Source: Octopus vulgaris (lineage: Eukaryota). From it: a DNA stretch of 64,000 nt. The translations under genes were made by a program, and so were the position numbers. Shown here piece after piece: positions 25,879-37,093 of the stretch; position 1 is the stretch's first letter, and every line of letters begins with the position of its first letter. The stretch covers positions 3,968,001 to 4,032,000 of the forward strand of contig OX597818.1 of the NCBI GenBank assembly GCA_951406725.2, read 5' to 3'. The notes under the pieces were generated by a model that was given only the letters and a program-made list of their open reading frames with translations, was not told the DNA's origin and ran no database searches.

Positions 25879-26502
25879 AGGATATCAAAATAAGAAAACA
25901 AAATAATAAGAATTTATAGAAAATAATAAGGAACACATATAACCTACATTGAAAGAGACAGGGTATTAAAATTTGAGGTAGGGAAGAGATAAAGGTAACC
26001 CGAAAAGAGGAGGCAGTAGGTATGGACATAGTGAGGGCAGTTTGCGGTATTCAGACCGAAGAGATTTTATAAGTAGTAATGTTACAGGTGCTATTATATA
26101 TATGATTTTATAGTTTCTAGAGGGTATATAATTAGTCAGATGGCTTACATGAAGTCATTACAAATACACATAATATGATCAGTAGAGTAGAACATCATAG
26201 AAAGGGGGAAAAGAAAACAAAAGGTATTCACCAAAAATATGATGAAGTCAGACTAACTTGGGTAGAGCTATCAGGGAATAGTAATTTCATATAGCACACC
26301 ACATATCATAACATATAGCTTATAACATGCAATGCAATTTAATTCAACATATAACACAATATCCCATGATTTTATATGTAATACTAGTGGGTAAGTTTAC
26401 AACGGACATGACACCAAAATTAACTTCCACCATCAAAGTTCAAGCAGCTTGAAATGGTTGTACTGCATCACTACTTCATATCCTCTTGCTTAGTTTGATA
26501 TT

Positions 26503-27183
26503 ATCATCATCATCATCATCATCATCGTTTAACGTCCGCTTTTCATGCTAGCATGGATTGGACGGTTCAATTGGAGTCTGGGGAGCCCGAAGGCTGCACC
26601 AGGCCAGTCAGATCTGGCAGTGTTTCTACAGCTGGATGCCCTTCCTAACACCAACCACTCCGAGAGTGTAGTGGGTGATTTTATGTGCCACCGACACAGG
26701 TGCCAGACGAGGCTGGCGAACGGCCACGCTCGGATGGTGTTTTTTATGTGCCACCGACACAGGTGCCAGACAAGGCTGGCGGACGGACACGCTCGGATGG
26801 TGTTTTTATGTGCCACCGACACAGGTGCCAGACAAGGCTGGCGAACGGCCACGATCGGATGGTGTTTGTTACGTGCCCACAGCACGGAGGCCAGTCAATG
26901 CGGTACTGGCTACGGCCACGTTCGGATGGTTTTCTTATGTGCCACCGGCACTGGCACCACAAAGATACAAATTCCATTGATGTTCATCTATTTTGATTTG
27001 GTTTGATTTTCACTTGCCTCAACAGGTCTTCACAAGTGTCCCAAGAAGGAAGGTATGCACAGGTGGACTGACTACGTCCCAGGTAGGGGCCACGGGTTAT
27101 GGCCTCACTAGTCTTGCTGGGTCTTCTCACGCACAGCATACTTCCATAGGTCTCGGTCTCTAGTCATTTCCTTGGTGAGACCT
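26503..27183 (-). mobile_element. RTE LINE 3' end with an expanded ~60-bp internal tandem repeat
   Basis: (CAT)n tail. ATGTGCCACCGACACAGGTGCCAGAC.AGGCTGGCG.ACGG..ACG.TCGGATGGTG occurs three times. Confidence 0.9.
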
Positions 27184-27214
27184 ATATATATATACATACA
27201 TATATATATATGTA

Positions 27215-27608
27215 TTGAGAGTTACGCAAATGCCAGAACTGGGCACCACTGCGTGGTGCCTAGGACTCCAAGTTTGCCATCAAGATGTAGGACAAGATTC
27301 TGTGATAGCCTGGGCTTCTGTGACCCACAGCTCTTCAATATCCTCCCGAAGAACCTGAGAGACCTGCATGGGGTGGATGCGGATGTCTTTAAAATGAAAC
27401 TGGATCTCTTCCTGTCAGGTGTCCCAGATGAACCAACTTCACGGCAGGAGGTGCAGATGAGGGCAGCTGCATCGAACTCTCTCATGCACCAAATGGCATT
27501 TGCTAAAAAGCTTTCGTGAAGTAAAACCAAGTAGCAACACCAAATGGCGGTGCCCCAGCATGGCCACAGCTCATAAGCTGAAACTAGAATCAATCAATCA
27601 ATCAATCA
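27215..27608 (+). mobile_element. 3' fragment of a CR1/L2-group LINE with (ATCA)n tail
   Basis: Translation PQLFNILPKNLRDL...FKMKLDLFLSGVPDEP is a typical ORF2 C-terminus, followed by AATC repeats. Confidence 0.75.
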
Positions 27609-27721
27609 TATATCTGTGGATATATTTTGGATGTTTTGGAATATGCACATAAAAATCAGTAGTATGGAATACATGTAGCATGATTACAATTTTTTTAGGG
27701 TGTGTACAAAGGCATATATAT

Positions 27722-28765
27722 TGTTACGCTGCCACTTGGACCCTAGGCCTTCCGATTCCACCACGAGCCCTAAGTCACGACGACAATGCTCAGCAGACCG
27801 GAAATCCACCACGGGAAGGGGGGAAGGTGGCGAACGCAGCCAGGAACCAACACAACGACAACAAAAGAGAGAGACACAGTGGAAGTTGCGTAATTTAGCA
27901 ATTTTTTTCAAAACAAAATCAAAGCATTCCAAAACAAAGGTTGACAAATCATGTACAGAGTTCGAAGAACAATCAATTGCATTTAAACATAATACAGAGT
28001 TCGAAAAACAAATCATATAACATTTGTTCGATTTTCTTTTCCAAGACACATCATTTTACATTTAACACAAAGTTCACAATCAAAAAGGTTCCTTCTCCTC
28101 AAGTTCTTTTTTTTTCTTCCTTTTCTTTTCTCTTAAAAACAGCCAACAACACGCTTCTTTTTTTTTTTTTACACGACAGTTCTCAAAGTTCCTTCTGCTT
28201 TTTTTTTTAAAACAACACATTGACTCTATTTGAACATCGAAATCCGAAACACAAATAAAAAACATTACCACATGTTCCACGCCTGCAACACTCCCTGAAC
28301 ATCACAACCCCCACTATAGTAGTCTGGCTTCTTTATGTCTCTCTCTGCCCCTTCACTGTCATCTTCCTTACTACCTCTCATCCTGTCTCTTGCTCACTCA
28401 CTGTCTGTCTCTCTCTAGACCCTGGCTGTCATCTTTGTGGTTGCCTCTCGCTGACTCCACCATCTCTAACTCACTCCCTTGTCCACTCTGCTCACACTGA
28501 CCCTCTCACGGTTTCTTGCTGACTGCCCAACTAACTTAATGCTAGCCGTATTTATAACGTTGTCCTAGCATTTTTATTTTTTAAAACTTTCTGTGACCAT
28601 GTGGGGGCCATAGATCAATGCCTGGGACCATTAATAATCGTGGTCTTTGACAGGACAAAGGAAATACCATTGTCCTGAACAACTGGAGCGCCAGTTCGAC
28701 TCCAACTAATGGAACAAGGGGCATAGTGTTTTTTTGTTTGTTTACTTTTCCTTGCCTCCGTAACA
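27722..28765. mobile_element. Probable solo LTR related to 19227-20566
   Basis: TGTTACG...CGTAACA termini flanked by ATAT. Shares the CACTGACCCTCT and CCA(A)TGTGGG motifs and the overall layout of the 19227 element. Confidence 0.7.
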
Positions 28766-28811
28766 ATATATATGTATATATACATATATATATATATGCA
28801 TATATACACAT

Positions 28812-28891
<80 letters not shown>

Positions 28892-28908
28892 TGTGTGTGT
28901 ATATATAT

Positions 28909-30269
28909 ATCATCATTGTTTAACGTCCGTTTTCCATGCTGGCATGGGTTGGACAGTTTTACTGGGGTCTGGGAAGCCAGGAGGATGTACCAGGCTCCAG
29001 TCTGATCTGGTAGTATTTCTACAGCTGGATACCCTTGCTAACACCAGCCACTCCGAGAGTGTAGTGGCTGCTTTTTACATGCCATGAGCACAGGGGCTAG
29101 AGGAAGCTAGCAATGGCCACAATCAGTTAGTTCTTTTTACATGCCAGTGGCACATAAAAGAGTCAAGGTGGTGATGGCATCAGCCACGTTCGGATGGTTC
29201 TTTTTACATGCCACCAGCATGGGGATCACAACTACAATTTCCATTTGATTTTGGTTTTAATGCACTTGACTCAATAGGTCTCCTCAAGAACGGCATGTTG
29301 CCCTATCATCCAAAGTACTTTTGAGTGGGCTGGTTATGTGACACTGGTGTAGGTTATAGCTGTGAACTCACTTATCAACACAAATGTCTCTCTTGCAAGC
29401 CACATCTGATGCTTCTTACGTCCAACATTTCTCTCCGGGCGCTTACACTCTGTCATGTGTGTACACTGACATTCCACATCCAGCAGATCATGCCAGCTTC
29501 ATTTCTTTTGAGCCTGCACATGTCTTCAACAGTCATGGCCCATGTTTCACTGCCACGAAGCATGGCAGTTAACACACATGCATCGCACAATCTACCTTTC
29601 ACTCTGAGCGAGAGGCCCTTTGTCACCAGTAGGGGTAAGAGCTTTCTGAACTTTGCGCAAGTGGTAACACTCTCTGAGCATCCGCCCCCATTACAGACTT
29701 GGTAACCTAGGTAGAGTAAGCTATCAACTACTAGTTTCTTCCCCTGGAGTGTGATGGAATCCATTTTTCTGAGCATCTGTGGTGTTTATTGCCCCTGTGC
29801 ATCTGCCGCTCGTGAAAGTTATCTTCCTTTGATGTTGCTGCACCTCTTAAATGTCCATAGCTTACACTGGGTACGTCTTATGGAGTTTCTACCTACACCT
29901 TTTCTACAGATCAAGCATGGCCACCTACCTGAAAGGGTGTGTGATGTGTTCGCCTTCCTACTTTCTAGAATTTTGGTCTTTGCAACATTGACTCTAAGTC
30001 CCTTGGATTCTAAAGATTGCTTCTATACCTGAAATTTCTTCCCTAGTTCTGGTAGTGATTCTGCTATGAGGGCCAGGTCATCAGGATAGAGGAGCTCTCA
30101 GGGGCAACCATTCTTGACTTCCTCTGTTATTGCCTGGAGGACTATGATGAATAAAAAGGGGCTGAGGACTGATTGTTGGTGGACCCCTACTTCTACCCGG
30201 AATTCTTCACCCTACTCATTGCCAACCCTAACCTCACTAACAGCATCTCTGTATAGGGCCTGTAAAGCA

Positions 30270-30270
<1 letters not shown>
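28909..30270 (-). mobile_element. Degenerate 5'-truncated RTE LINE with an internal deletion
   Basis: Homologous to 33985-35630, including LYPDD and the Cys-rich block. Confidence 0.85.
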
Positions 30271-30330
<60 letters not shown>

Positions 30331-30332
<2 letters not shown>

Positions 30333-30395
30333 TTTATTTAAAGCAGCAGAAAATTCAACAAAACCTGTTACTCTGAGTTTCCCATTGCCGTTCAT
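30331..30395 (-). mobile_element. Truncated copy of the Penelope 3' end/hammerhead at 12090-12153
   Basis: The reverse complement ATGAACGGCAATGGGAAACTCAGAGTAACAGGTTTTGTTGAATTTTCTGCTGCTTTAAATAAAG is nearly identical to 12090-12153. Confidence 0.85.
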
Positions 30396-30411
30396 ATATA
30401 CAATTTACTCC

Positions 30412-30455
<44 letters not shown>

Positions 30456-31019
30456 CGAGATCACCGTGACCGACCAGGCTATCAGATGTTGCTACACATC
30501 GCTGGTCACAATGTGCTTCGCATTGTTTTAGCCTTGAAATGACGCCACCCCACTGGCTAAGCAAGCAGGCCAATATATATATATAAGCTAACTATGACTT
30601 AATTTTCCTCTCACACCATCTCCGATCAAGGGATATTATTAATTAATATCCTAGAAACAGCTGTAAGACCTTCTATCTATAAATGCTCTAATATCTATAC
30701 AGCCTTGGTTTTTTTTATCTTATTACACAAAAAATGATTATATATATATATTAGAAAAAATAAGGTACTCAGAAATTTGGATGGTTGTACATTTACAGAT
30801 TTTTATTAATATGTCACATGCGGTTTATAAATCATATATTCTGAAGAATCTACTAGAGTAGATGCAACCGCTAATATGTATATATACATGTATACATGTA
30901 CATATATATATATATACACGTGTATATATATATAGATGTCTGCATACACACACACACACATATATATATATATACATGTACATATATATATACATATGTA
31001 TATACATGTATATATATAT

Positions 31020-34000
31020 GAAGCGATGTCCAAAGCGAGCTAAGAATTACTCATTTCATTTCTTCCAACCCCTCGTACTACATTCGCCGCTAACACTTAA
31101 ATGTCTGAATCTATTCACTAACTGCTTGTTTGTTTTCTTTTCTTTCATGAGCTAACTGTTGATATTGTTCCCCACAAAATATAATCTTTTAATTTTTAAC
31201 CCTATCTCGTAAAGCTTATGTGATAATTATTCGTCCCTGTATGAAGTTAATTTGTTCGTTACTCTATGATATATTCTTCAAACCCTGATTGCTTAATTCT
31301 TCTCATTCCTGTCCCCAATCACACTTTGCCATTCACAGTGTGCCCGCCCTTTCCCGCCCCCACCACCAATACCGGATAACACTATGTTTACACCATCTAC
31401 ACCGGATATCCCTTCTCCCACCACCATTACGCGTGTCTATTCCTCCAACCCCTCCTCTTCAATATGCTATTTCACTATGTATTACCCCTGCCCCTCTTCC
31501 CTAAGACAGAAGCAGCTAGCGCCGCTGCTCATCAACCGTCCCACTTAACCAGTTATCTTACGTTTCCTTCTGTTTTGAAATCTGTCACTGCCTCAACTGG
31601 CCATCTCCTTCCAGTCCCTTCCCTCACTCGTGATATCCTACGTTTCATTCTGTCTAGAACCTGCCACCACCCCTACCTGTCATCGTTTCTCCTAACCCCC
31701 CTCCCCACTGGTGGTCCCCTATATTACCTGCACTCTCTTCCCCCACTTTCTCTGCTGGAACCCTTCCCCACCGCAATGCAACCAATTTTTTCAGCTGGAC
31801 CCCCTCCCCAACCCTAGAATATCCATGTTTCTGCTACGCTGCTTAAACTATGTTACTCAATGACCATAATGCTTGCTTAGAATGCTACTAACACCTAGAA
31901 TATCAGTATGACCTTAATGCTTATGCTTACAACGCTGCTAACACCAGCTCCTGCCGACGGCAGGGGCCACAACCTTAACATGCCTAAATGCTTGAATGTT
32001 GTCAGGTCGGAAGAGAGATCAGATGAAAAATGCGTAAAAAACGATCACCACCACATCACCCGCTCTTCTTTTCAGGCGCTGAATTGCACCCCTCCCCTAC
32101 ACATTACCTTCCCAGTTTTCAGAGTTGGCACTGTCAATGTTGGTACACTGAAAAGTAGGTCTAGTGAGATTGTAGAGATGCTTGAGAGAAGACGGGTTGA
32201 TGTATGCTGCATACAAGAGGTAAGATGGAAAGGAGCTTCAGCTAGGGTCCTCACAGGCAAGGCACATAGGTATAAAGTCTTCTGGCAAGGTAACATGGAT
32301 GGTGTAGGGGGTGTAGGCATTCTCCTTGCGGAGAAATGGGTGGATAAGGTCATAGAGGTTGTCAGGGTTTGCGATAGAGTGCTTAAGCTCAGGTTAGTCC
32401 TACAGAGTGGCACAGCTACGATTATCTCCGCCTATGCCCCACATGCGGGCTACCAAATGATCAGAAGGACTACTTTTATGATACCCTTCTACAGGCTACC
32501 TCAAAGATGAGTGGCAAGGACCTCATCTTTGTGGGTGGAGATTTTAATGGGCATGTTGGGCGGGAATCGGGTATCTTCACTGGGGTACACAGTGGCCATG
32601 GTATTGGCACCAGAAATGATGAGGGAACTAGACTACTGGAATTCTGTGATGCATGTAACCTCTTAATCTGCAACACTAACTTCAGGAAGCCTGACTGCCA
32701 CCTTATAACCTATCAGTCAGGAGACTCCGCTAGCCAAATAGACTTCATCCTCACCAGACAGCAGGGTGCAGGGTTGCTCTTAAATACAAAGACCCTCCCG
32801 GGTGAAGAATGTACGCCTCAGCTTAGGCTAGTCATTAGTGACTTTAGGCTTGAGGCCAGAAGGATTCCAAGAAACAGACCAATCCAGAAAAGAAGGATTT
32901 GGAAGCTGAAGAACCCTTCACAAGGTCAGAGATTTAGGGACATCCTCATCAAGAAATTTGATGAGAGGGAGGAGGATCTACAGACGTCGGACATAGAAGG
33001 TAGCTGGAAATTCCTACAGGTCATCTTGCTGAGTGCCACAGACCAAGTCTGTGGATGGTGCAAAGTCCCTTCCAGACCTAGAGTTACGTGGTGGTGGAAT
33101 AGTGCAGTAGACAAAGCCATTAGTGCAAAGAAACAGGCCTGGAGGGATGGGGGTAGCAGGGAACTGTACCAGGTAGTCAAAAGGGAGGCTGGGCGGCAGG
33201 TATACATAGCCAAAGATGTAGCAGAAAAGAAGAAGTTTGCCAATGTCCAGCGACATGAGGACCAAATAACTAAGGTATTTCGGATTGCTAGACAGTGTGT
33301 GAGAGAAATAGTGATGTTCCAGGAGAGAAATGTGTCCACATGGATGATGGTGAAAAGAAAGAGGCTTGGAGAAGCCATTATGAAAGACTGCTGAATGTGG
33401 AGAATGAATGGGAGGAGGAGAGCCTGCCAAATGTTGACCCAGTAGAGGGCCCAGCTATCCGAATAGACAGCTCCCTTGTAGTTAAAGCAATTAAGGGTAT
33501 GAAACCAGGTAAAATCCCCGGCCCATCACGAATCACTGCTGAGATGCTTAAAACAGCTGGTTATGTGGGCTATGGCCTAGTCACCTGCATTGTAAACCAG
33601 GTAGTTCATAATGGAGTCACACCCAATGACTGGCGTAGCAGCACCATAGTCAACTGCTACAAGGGTAAGGGTGATGCTCAAGATAGAAATAACTACAGGG
33701 GTATTAAACTGTTGGATCAGGTGATGAAGTTCTCAGAGAGGGTCATAACCCATCTCATTAGGGAGAGAATTTGCTTAGATGAGATGCAGTTCAGTTTTGT
33801 GCCGGGTAAAAGCACCACTGATGCTATATTCCTGGTCCGACAACTGCAGGAGAAGTACCTAGCTAAAGATAAACCCCTCTACATAGCTATTGTGGACTTG
33901 GAGAAAGACTTTGACAGGGTCCCCCGATCCCTTATCTGGTGGTCGATGTGGAAACTGGAGATTGATGAATGGCTAATAAGGGCTGTACAGGCCCTATACA

Positions 34001-35630
34001 GAGAGGCTGTCAGCAAGGTTAGAATTGGCAACGAATATAGTGAAGAATTCCGGGTAGAAGTAGGTGTACACCAAGGCTCAGCCCTCAGTCCCCTTTTATT
34101 CATCATAGTCCGCCAGGCAATAACAGAGGAATTCAAAACAGGTTGCCCCTGGGAGCTCCTCTGTGCTGATGACCTGGCTCTCATAGCAGAATCATTACCG
34201 GAACTAGAAAAGAAATTTCGGGTGTGGAAGCATGGGTTAGAATCAAAGGGCCTTAGAGTAAATGTAGCAAAGACCAAAGTTATAGTAAGCAGAAAGGCGA
34301 ACTCAGCACACACACCCTCGGGCAGGTGGCCCTGCTCGATCTGTAGGATAGGTGTAGGTAGAAACTCCATAAGGTGTACCCAGTGTAAGCTATGGACGCA
34401 TAAGAGGTGCAGCAACATCAAAGGGAAATTAACTGATAAGATAGCTTTCATGTGCGGCAGATGCACAGGGACAATACACAGCACAGATACTCAGAAAACA
34501 GATTCCATCATACTCCAGGGGGAGAAACTAAAAGTAGTTGATAGTTTCCGCTACCTCGGTGACCAAGTTAGTAGTGGAGGTGGATGCTCAGAGAGTGTCA
34601 CCACTAGAATACGAATAGCCTGGGCAAAGTTTAGAAAGCTCCTACCCCTACTGGTGACAAAGGGTCTCTCACTCAGAGTGAAAGGTAGATTGTATGATGC
34701 ATGTGTGCGAACTGCCATGCCTCACGGTAGTGAAACATGGGCTGTGACTGCAGAGGACATGCGTAGACTTGAAAGAAATGAAGCTAGCATGATCCGCTGG
34801 ATGTGTAATGTCAGTGTGCATGCACGACAGAGGGTAAGCACCCTGAGAGAAATGCTGGACATAACAAGCATCAGATGTGGTGTCCAAGAGCGACGCTTGC
34901 GATGGTATGGTCATGTACTGTGGATGGATGAGGAGAGCTGTGTGAAGAAGTGCCACTCCCAAACAGTTGAAGGTATCAGGGGGAGAGGTAGACCCAAGAA
35001 GACATGGGATGAGGTAGTCAAGCATGACCTCAGAGCGTTGGGCCTCACAGAGGCAATGACGAAGGACCAAGATCTCTGGATATATGCTGTGACTGCAAAG
35101 ACCGGGGCTGCTTCCTGCACCAGTCCCGCATAGCCCCAGCCCATTCAAAGTTCCTTGGATTTCAGAACATCCCGCTGTGCTTGAGGAGACCTATTAAGTC
35201 AAGTAAATGAACTTCGAAATAAATATCAATGGAAATAGTAGTTGTGATACCTGTGCTGGTGGCACATAAAAAGCACCATCCGAACGTGGCCGATGCCAGC
35301 ACCGCCTCGACTGGCTTCTGTGCCGATGGCACAGAAAAAGCACCATCCGAACGTGGCTGATGCCAGCACCGCCTCGACTGGCTTCTGTGCCAGTGGCACG
35401 TTAAAACCACCTACCGATCGTGGCCGATGCCAGATTCCCCTGGCACCTGTGCCGGTGGCACGTAAAAAGCACCCACTACACTTGCGGAATGGTTGGCGTT
35501 AGGAAGGGCATCCAGCTGTAGAAACACTGCCAGATCAGACTGGAGCCTGGTGCAGCCCCTGGCTTCCCAGACCCCGGTCAAACCGTCCAACCCGTGCTAG
35601 CGCGGAAAACGGACGTTAAACGATGATGAT
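31020..35630 (+). mobile_element. Near full-length RTE-clade LINE
   Basis: C-rich 5' region, APE-RT ORF, 3' UTR with ~60-bp repeats and a (GAT)n tail. The 5' boundary is approximate. Confidence 0.85.
32108..35133 (+). pseudogene. RTE ORF (AP endonuclease, RT, internal PHD-like finger) with frameshifts near 32445 and 33310
   Basis: GTVNVGTL, CIQEVRW, GDFNGHVG, QIDF; VDLEKDFDRV, GVHQGSALSPLLF, CADD (mutated YADD), RLRWYGHV, GRGRPKKTW. Confidence 0.9.
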
Positions 35631-35745
35631 TATATATGTATATATGTGCATGTATATGTATGTGTATATATATATACATGTATATATATATATATATATA
35701 CATGTATATATATACATATATATATATACATGTATATATAAACAT

Positions 35746-35777
<32 letters not shown>

Positions 35778-35956
35778 ATATATACATATACATATATATA
35801 TATACATGTATATATATACATATATATATATACATGTATATATATACATATATATATATGTATATGTATATATATATACATGTATATATACATGTATATA
35901 TATACATGTATATATACATGTATATATATATACATATACATATATATACATACATA

Positions 35957-36493
35957 TGTAGTGGATGCGTGGATGTATTAATAAATACATAAGTTGTTTT
36001 GTAATAAATTAAAGATTTATTTTCACTACATCAATTTGTAAGCAATGCTACACATCGCTTGTACAAAAATGCATATTAAATAATGCTTGCAAATAATCCA
36101 TATTAAAGAATGCATAATACATGGTACATATTAAAGAAGAATATGTTTGATGGTGTGTGTGTGTGTGAGTAAATCATGCAGGACAATCACCTTTATGAAT
36201 ATTCTCTCGTCGTCTCCATAAATGCGTGGCGTTCTCTTAAGCGTTGGTTCTGGTTCTCTGCAGATACCTATTTCTCCGTTCTATTTATAAAATCTCAAAT
36301 AGCCAGAAAAATAGATATATCGCAAGAGAGTTATCGTTAAAGTAGGTCGCTGGTCGTTCCGTTAAACTTCGCCTGACCTGCTCAGGTCAGAGGTCGAAGG
36401 GAGACGATCCATCATTTTTTGTCAGAACAAAGAGATTCTGATTTGGCGCCTTTTTGTGCATTGTGCTTAGAGAAGGAAGTGCTAATTCTTACA
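35957..36493 (-). repeat. Gypsy 3' LTR
   Basis: Near-identical to 41199-41289 plus 44002-44488. Preceded on the minus strand by the PPT AGAAGGGGGGTAG (36494-36506). Confidence 0.95.
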
Positions 36494-37093
36494 CTACCCC
36501 CCTTCTAGTGAGAAAGCCACAGAGATCGAACGATATTTGAAATGTATTATTATTATTATTTTAATTTTTTTTTTTTTGATTGTGTGCATGCAGAAAAAAA
36601 AAATTTTTTTACACATTGAACGATAAAAATATGCATGAAAGGTTTACAATTTGTATGCGCTATATGGTGGGCAATACGTATATGTGCCCAGGCAGAATTA
36701 TGTTGGCGCGTTGAAAGAGATGTGCGTCTATTGATTACTCGACCTACTAGAGGTCTAATAGAGACAAGGTATCTTTCAGTGGCGAAAAAAAAATCGAGTG
36801 ATAGCACGCATGAGAACAAGATTTGTAAATGTGTGTGGATATACAGTTAGCAAAAATATACTTATGAGAAAGCAAAACATTTTGAAGAGAAAACAAAAAA
36901 TATGTACATGCAAAAATGAAAGAAATGTTCATCAGCAAAGTTCGATTTTGAAATGTTCCGTAAAAGTTCATACAGACAGTTTTTTGTTTTCATTTTTTTC
37001 TTTCTTTACGTACACAAATGTTCTTTGATTTCTCTGGGTGGGTGATGCAGTTATGTGTTCATTAGGAAGATGGATACGTTAGGAGTTCAGAAC

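Noticed and set aside
26680-26870. Regularly spaced repeats resembling a CRISPR array
   Set aside because: The units are tandem with no unique spacers, lie in a LINE 3' UTR, and the context is eukaryotic.
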